Assembly: GCA_048940445.1 (NCBI GenBank) | Contig: JBHLON010000034.1 | Span: forward strand, 1 to 33,448 | Source: Promethearchaeota archaeon | GTDB lineage: Archaea; Asgardarchaeota; Lokiarchaeia; Sigyniarchaeales; SOKP01 | Direction of reading: 5' to 3' | Length of the DNA stretch: 33,448 nt | Shown here: in pieces, positions 28,431 to 33,448 of the stretch | Position numbering within the stretch: position 1 is the stretch's first letter | How the letters are laid out: every line of letters starts with the position of its first letter | Made by a program: the position numbers and the translations under genes | The notes under the pieces: model-generated | The model's input: the letters and a program-made list of their open reading frames with translations, nothing else | What the model was told of the DNA's origin: nothing | Database searches by the model: none

Positions 28431-28694
28431 ATGGAAGGAACAATCTCAAATTACAAGAGAGGTCGCCACAGAATACATCCTAAGCACTGTATAATAATTT
28501 TTCCAGATATAAAAACTAAAAATGAAGCAAATAAGTTAGTGGGAAGAACTTTAGTTTGGATTAGTCCTACTGGGAAAGAATTAAAAGGAGTAATAACACG
28601 TTCTCATGGTAATAACGGTGCAGTAAGAGTTCATTTTAAAAAAGCAGGAGTTCCAGGTCAAGCTCTTGGGACAAAAGTGAAGATTATACACTAA
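28431..28694 (+). CDS. rpl35ae: 50S ribosomal protein L35Ae (ATG 28431; an alternative TTG start lies at 28401)
   Basis: GTISNYKRGRH, EANKLVGR.L.W, GVITRSHGNNGAVRVHF...PGQALG. Confidence 0.93.
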   Translation: MEGTISNYKRGRHRIHPKHCIIIFPDIKTKNEANKLVGRTLVWISPTGKELKGVITRSHGNNGAVRVHFKKAGVPGQALGTKVKIIH

Positions 28695-28879
28695 TCGTAT
28701 TTTTTTCTATCACATCTAAAGATCTTGTTTAATCTTCACTAATTAATATTTCAAAAATAATATTATTTGAATATTATAAGTATATCATACTTATTTTAGT
28801 AGTATATTTTATCTACTATTTTTGATAAAGCGATCAAATATTGGTTTTTTAATAATTTAGATTAGGGTTAATCATTACA

Positions 28880-30994
28880 ATGTTAGACCAACACATACAA
28901 ATATGTCGTTTCTGTCAACGGAATGTAAAATTAGCTTATTATTGCGAAGATTGTGGTATTAGCTGTTGTAATGATTGTTTGCATGAAGAAAAATATGATT
29001 TCTATGTTTGTCAAGATTGTAATTCAAAAAATATTGAAATTTTGGATTCGGGTAAAAAGAAAGTATGTAAGAATTGTGAGAAAGAAAACATAAAATTAGT
29101 TAGTCAACAATTAAAATCCTGTCCTAAATGTCATTCTCATCAAATTATTAATATCTATGAAAAAAAGGAACAATTAGAAAAAAAATTCTTAGATTTAATC
29201 AAAGACGCGCGTAACTTTATAGAACCTCTAAGAGGTGGTCTCAATAGTTTATATACACTAAGACAGAAGATTGAAGCAGCAAGAGCTCCCCCGATTAGGT
29301 GTTTTCATTACCCAAATATGGAATCTGATATATTGTCATTATTTAAATTATATATTTATGCTAAAGAAAACTTATTAGAAAAAATCAGAATTCTTTTTCA
29401 TCATTTTTCCCTTAATAAAGAGTACTTCTTTAATATTTATGACCAACCAAATTCAAATGTAAAAATAATAGAAGGAATATTTGAAAATCTTAATACAAAT
29501 TTTCATTCTATTAATGAATTTATAACCAATAATATTGTAACTATTATTAATAGTATTGAACCTATTCAAAAAAATCTCTATTTCATTGAAAAAATAAACT
29601 CCCTTTTTGATTCATATAGAAAGTATTTAAATTTAGCAGAAGAAGAAAAACCTGTATATTCTATATTTGCTAAACTAACAAATGGATTAAATAGTCAAGA
29701 TAAATTTAAGAAAAAGAAAGGAATTTTATTTATAACTAATTTCGATTTGTCTTTTGTGCGAGTTTATGGGAAAATTAAAAAAAAGAGAAAAACTATCTTT
29801 AAAGCTCCCGTAAAAGATTTAATCAGGATCAAAATTCAAGGAAAGCTATTTAAAAAATTGTATGTAGAATTTGAGTATGGTCGATATGAATTTACTCTTC
29901 CCTCTAATTCCCTCACAAAAGTTATGGATTATATACTTCTAGCAAGAAATTTTGATGAATGTGTTATTTATGATGAAGAATCTGCGAAAAAGCTATATGA
30001 CATAGATATTGATTTTTCAGATATCATAAATTATATTGAAGAAGCAATTAATTCCTTTTTCAGTTTGAAATGTAAGTATAATAATATACAACACAGAGGC
30101 ATCTCTAATGACCAACAAAAAATCAATAATCCGTTTACTCAAAGCTTAAATTTTCCTGAAAGACAAATCCAATTTAATACAATTCCACTTCAAAATCCTC
30201 AGCAATTTGATACGGTTCAAAATTCTTCAATTTTCCCTCCAGGATTTTATAAAAATTATAATCCTAATCTACAACACCCATCGCTTTATCAAAATCCCTA
30301 TAATTATCAAAATTCTCAAATACATACTCCTGGAGATATTAAGTACTATGGTAATAACTTAAGATGGTATCTTCCACCGAATTATAATGAAAATGATTTT
30401 TTTCTGCAAAATTTTTATAATCCTAATCGTATACAAAATTATCGTCCAACAAAATATGATTCTCCCTATAATAGCTTTTTTGATAGTGAAGATAAAAATC
30501 TTTTAATGAGAAGACTAGGGCAAATGCAACGCCAAGATTTTCGAAATTTTGGCGATCTAAATAATCTTAAAAATGACATAGACAATGAACTGTTTATGCA
30601 ACTGAATGCTGAAAATCGTGAAAGAAATTCAATTCCAGTTTATCAAGAGTATGCAAAAAATCATTTATCAGACCTATTTAATTCAGATTATACTTTGTCT
30701 CAATCAGATTACAAACCAAGACAGCAAACATCCAAATATGAAAAATCAAAAAGAAAGAAAATGTTAGAATTAGAAAAAGAGAAATATGGCCTTGAAGAAA
30801 CATTGAAAACCTTAGATGCTAAATTCGATAAAGGGATCATTTCTGAAATAGATTATTTTAGAACATTTAAAAATCTGCAAAAAGATATTTACTTAATTGA
30901 TAGAAAAATCGAAAACTTAGAAGAAGAAATAAAAGAAAGTGAATATCTAAAAAGATCTAATAGAGAGTTTGATAAAAGAAGATACTTTAGTTAA
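28880..30994 (+). CDS. Multidomain ESCRT-I-like protein: Zn fingers, coiled coil, PH-like domain, low-complexity linker and C-terminal steadiness box (Vps23 core)
   Basis: Six Cys pairs at the N-terminus; PH-like segment at aa ~250-355; N/Q/P/Y-rich aa ~400-575. The C-terminal EKYGLEETLKTLDAKFDKGIISEIDYFRTFKNLQKDIYLI aligns by eye with the TSG101 SB. The gene is adjacent to Snf7. Confidence 0.7.
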   Translation: MLDQHIQICRFCQRNVKLAYYCEDCGISCCNDCLHEEKYDFYVCQDCNSKNIEILDSGKKKVCKNCEKENIKLVSQQLKSCPKCHSHQIINIYEKKEQLEKKFLDLIKDARNFIEPLRGGLNSLYTLRQKIEAARAPPIRCFHYPNMESDILSLFKLYIYAKENLLEKIRILFHHFSLNKEYFFNIYDQPNSNVKIIEGIFENLNTNFHSINEFITNNIVTIINSIEPIQKNLYFIEKINSLFDSYRKYLNLAEEEKPVYSIFAKLTNGLNSQDKFKKKKGILFITNFDLSFVRVYGKIKKKRKTIFKAPVKDLIRIKIQGKLFKKLYVEFEYGRYEFTLPSNSLTKVMDYILLARNFDECVIYDEESAKKLYDIDIDFSDIINYIEEAINSFFSLKCKYNNIQHRGISNDQQKINNPFTQSLNFPERQIQFNTIPLQNPQQFDTVQNSSIFPPGFYKNYNPNLQHPSLYQNPYNYQNSQIHTPGDIKYYGNNLRWYLPPNYNENDFFLQNFYNPNRIQNYRPTKYDSPYNSFFDSEDKNLLMRRLGQMQRQDFRNFGDLNNLKNDIDNELFMQLNAENRERNSIPVYQEYAKNHLSDLFNSDYTLSQSDYKPRQQTSKYEKSKRKKMLELEKEKYGLEETLKTLDAKFDKGIISEIDYFRTFKNLQKDIYLIDRKIENLEEEIKESEYLKRSNREFDKRRYFS

Positions 30995-31014
30995 ATAATT
31001 ACATATATAGTGTC

Positions 31015-31031
31015 TTTTTTTCAAAAAAAAA
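31015..31031. terminator. Probable bidirectional oligo-T terminator between the convergent ESCRT genes
   Basis: T7-C-A9 in the 37-bp gap gives a T-tract on each strand downstream of each stop codon. Confidence 0.5.
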
Positions 31032-31682
31032 TTATCCGCCTTCTAGTTCCTTCCTTAGCTTTTCTATTTCATCTTCTAGCTTCGCTTTAGTCTTAATCTC
31101 AGGTTCTTCTTCAATATCGAATTCAGAGATATACTGAAGATCATCGGCAGGTACTTCGGGCATTTGGCCTCCTTGTTCTAATAACATTTCAGTTTCAAGC
31201 TGATTCAATTCATCTGTAACATCAATTGCTAAATCAATTTCAGGGTCACCTGCCAAAATATCAGCAGATTCCTCTATTTCTGATACATAAGCCTCAGAAT
31301 CTTCTGCTATTTCTGCAATTTTCGTAGGAGAAGCCTTTGTAGCAATTGTTTCTAGTTCATCTCTAATTCCTCCCATTAAATCCCCAGTCATAGAAATCAT
31401 CTGACCTTCTTCAATGGCTTCAATTTGGCGTTCTATTTTAGCCCTAATATTGTTTGCACGATCAACTTTTTGTTGATATTGCTTATATTGAATTAAATAA
31501 TTTTTTGCCCTATCCCGTTCGCCTCTTTTTAATGCAATTTTTGCATTTTTTCTAGCAATTTCCGATCTTTGACTATAAGATTTATTTGCTAACGCAATTT
31601 TACGAATATGAGACTTGGCTTTTATTACTAACTCATCTTTTTCTTTACCTTTTCGAGGGAATAATTTTTTCTTAAGTCCCAC
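31032..31682 (-). CDS. ESCRT-III Snf7-family protein (Vps20/32/60 class)
   Basis: Basic N-terminal helical hairpin (AKIALKRGERDRAKNYL..YK.YQQKVDR...IERQIEAIE), acidic C-terminal half, DVTDELNQLE, MIM2-like MPEVP, and C-terminal helix LEDEIEKLRKEL. Confidence 0.9.
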   Translation of the reverse strand: MGLKKKLFPRKGKEKDELVIKAKSHIRKIALANKSYSQRSEIARKNAKIALKRGERDRAKNYLIQYKQYQQKVDRANNIRAKIERQIEAIEEGQMISMTGDLMGGIRDELETIATKASPTKIAEIAEDSEAYVSEIEESADILAGDPEIDLAIDVTDELNQLETEMLLEQGGQMPEVPADDLQYISEFDIEEEPEIKTKAKLEDEIEKLRKELEGG

Positions 31683-31833
31683 TTTCTATTTTCAACTCCA
31701 TTTAGAAGTTTATATTAATGTTATCTCTTTTATTATAAATATGATTTTTTTGACTTAAAAATTTATTAGAATATTATTATTATAAAATTTTTTAGCAATA
31801 AATCTTTCATAGTCCAGAATTTATCGGTGTTAT

Positions 31834-32943
31834 ATGAAAAAAATTATTTTAAATTTAGAACATAAAACAAATAATCTAAAAGAACTTATTCAAGAAGCTT
31901 TCAATCAAAATATTGTAAACTTTTTAATATCTAATGAAACCATAGAATATTTTGAAGGTATTGAACGTATAATCCGATATTCTGCATTTCCTGAAGATTT
32001 CTCTGAAAATGTTATTTTTAATTCTGTAAATAATCTCCAAAAATTCAAAGAAAGATATCACAATAAGAGAAGGATTGGTTTTTTTAAGGTTTTAAAGTCA
32101 AAAGAAGATGAAAATGAGATTCGTAACTTAATAGAACAAAAAATTCTTACCTTTATTATAATTGTAGCTACTGATTGGAAAGTTATTCCCTTTGAGAATT
32201 TAGTATCTATTAGTCAATCAAAAGATATTGAATTGATCGCATGCGTACAAAACCTTGAAGAAGCAGAATTATTGCTAAAAATACTTGAAATCGGTGTTGA
32301 TGGAATTTTATTTTCCCCTAAAAATGTTAATGATTTAAAAGCCTTAAAGAAATTGATAAATAGTAATGTTAAGCTAGATTTAAAGAAAGCACGAATTCTT
32401 AAAATTCAAGCACTCCCGGAGAGCGATAGAGTGTGTGTTGATACTACTTCACTCCTACAAAAAGGTGAGGGAATGCTTGTTGGGAGTACAGCCCAAGGAT
32501 TTGTGCTTATTCATTCAGAAACCATTGACACAAAATTTGTCAGAGCTAGACCATTTCGTGTTAATGCTGGTGATGTTTCATCGTATATTCTTGTTCCTGG
32601 GGATGATTTGAATTCATATCGTACCAAATATTTAAGTGAACTAAGAGGGGGAGATAAAGTTCTTATTGTTAATACTGAAGGACTAGGAAGAATAGTTTCT
32701 GTTGGGCGAGTCAAAATTGAAACACGTCCCATGTTAAGATTTGAATTAGAAACTATAATTAATAATGAGCAGATTTCTATAAGTTGCGTCTGTCAAAACG
32801 CAGAAACGATTAGATTAGTAAATTCAGAAGGGAACGCTATATCTGTAGTAGATATTAAAGTAGGAGATGAGATTTTAGTGCATCTTGGACCTAAAGCAAC
32901 ACATTTTGGTACAAAAATAAAAGAAAGGATTATAGAGAAGTAA
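31834..32943 (+). CDS. aroB': 3-dehydroquinate synthase II (archaeal type)
   Basis: DWKVIPFENL, LEIGVDG, DRVCVDTTSLL..GEGMLVGS, RPFRVNAG, YLSEL..GD, VGRVKIETRP, QNAETIRL; GGTG SD-like motif upstream. Confidence 0.94.
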   Translation: MKKIILNLEHKTNNLKELIQEAFNQNIVNFLISNETIEYFEGIERIIRYSAFPEDFSENVIFNSVNNLQKFKERYHNKRRIGFFKVLKSKEDENEIRNLIEQKILTFIIIVATDWKVIPFENLVSISQSKDIELIACVQNLEEAELLLKILEIGVDGILFSPKNVNDLKALKKLINSNVKLDLKKARILKIQALPESDRVCVDTTSLLQKGEGMLVGSTAQGFVLIHSETIDTKFVRARPFRVNAGDVSSYILVPGDDLNSYRTKYLSELRGGDKVLIVNTEGLGRIVSVGRVKIETRPMLRFELETIINNEQISISCVCQNAETIRLVNSEGNAISVVDIKVGDEILVHLGPKATHFGTKIKERIIEK

Positions 32944-32947
32944 TACT

Positions 32948-33403
32948 TTAATCTTGATAAATAGCCATCGTGTCTTTACTTTCTTCTAATTTAACAGTGA
33001 GTTTCTTATTTTTATAATGCTCCTTTATTTTCTCATAGATGTATTTGGCGAGTAATTCACTGGTAGTTGCTGGAATAGGTAAAAATACAACCTCTGAAAG
33101 AGGAAAAACATATCGTTTATTTAAAGCCTGAATTTCTAAAGAATCGAGATTTTTCTTCATTTTAAAATCTGAAGATTCATTTGGAATTAGAATGAAGTGA
33201 TCTAATTGTTTAACAACTTCTTTAATGATTTTCTTTAACTTAATAAAATCTTCAACAAAATAATTTTCATCTAATTCTGCTTCTAATTCAACAGACACAT
33301 AGTAATTATGACCGTGAAGTCTTGAGCATTTTAAAGGTTCTTTTAAAAAATGACAAGCACTAAATTTTATCCTATTTGAATTAATAATTACTTTATATCC
33401 CAT
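32948..33403 (-). CDS. queD: 6-carboxytetrahydropterin / 6-pyruvoyltetrahydropterin synthase
   Basis: FSACHFL...CSRLHGHNY, DF..LK....LDH, TTSELLAKYI, V.LEES. Confidence 0.92.
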   Translation of the reverse strand: MGYKVIINSNRIKFSACHFLKEPLKCSRLHGHNYYVSVELEAELDENYFVEDFIKLKKIIKEVVKQLDHFILIPNESSDFKMKKNLDSLEIQALNKRYVFPLSEVVFLPIPATTSELLAKYIYEKIKEHYKNKKLTVKLEESKDTMAIYQD

Positions 33404-33448
33404 GTAAGCTACTTTTAAAGATTATAATTTGAATTTTAAAGATTTGTA

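Noticed and set aside
654-32732. Short ORFs antisense to or nested in long genes (654-839, 2033-2221, 2725-2907, 16397-16711, 17316-17591, 17691-17915, 20840-21079, 22416-22616, 22923-23129, 24302-24703, 26664-26912, 27456-27644, 32511-32732)
   Set aside because: They lie essentially entirely opposite well-supported genes and have no motifs, so they are shadow ORFs.
1-33448. CRISPR arrays, rRNA/tRNA genes, transposases, integrases and defence systems
   Set aside because: I saw no regularly spaced repeats, no extended GC-rich structural RNA segments and no ORFs with such motifs.

Overview
A very AT-rich, gene-dense archaeal window. Its gene content points to an Asgard archaeon, most likely Lokiarchaeia; this is inferred from the co-occurring eukaryotic-signature proteins, not from a marker phylogeny. 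Housekeeping genes: apt, the gcvT-H-PA-PB glycine cleavage operon, a PfkB nucleoside kinase, mtnP, a beta-CASP nuclease, a RecJ/Cdc45-like DHH protein, mch, a GT4 glycosyltransferase, 3-hydroxyacyl-CoA dehydrogenase, an FrhB-like protein, XPD helicase, an MFS transporter, glycogen synthase, rpl35Ae, type II DHQ synthase and queD. Eukaryote-like membrane-trafficking and signalling genes are interspersed: a Rag/Gtr1-like GTPase with a roadblock domain, a eukaryote-type presenilin head-to-head with an archaemetzincin, a longin-fold protein, a Rab-like GTPase and an ESCRT pair. The most interesting item is the ESCRT pair. It is a Snf7/Vps20-class ESCRT-III gene convergent with a 704-aa protein whose architecture, read by eye, is B-box-like Zn fingers, coiled coil, PH-like domain, N/Q/P/Y low-complexity linker with PPxY, and a C-terminal TSG101/Vps23-like steadiness box. 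Other oddities: gcvT and xpd have conserved N-termini with no usable ATG/GTG/TTG start, there is an ~83-nt intergenic hairpin, and one membrane protein is built from three internal repeats. I saw no rRNA, tRNA, CRISPR array or transposase. All assignments come from motif recognition without database searches.
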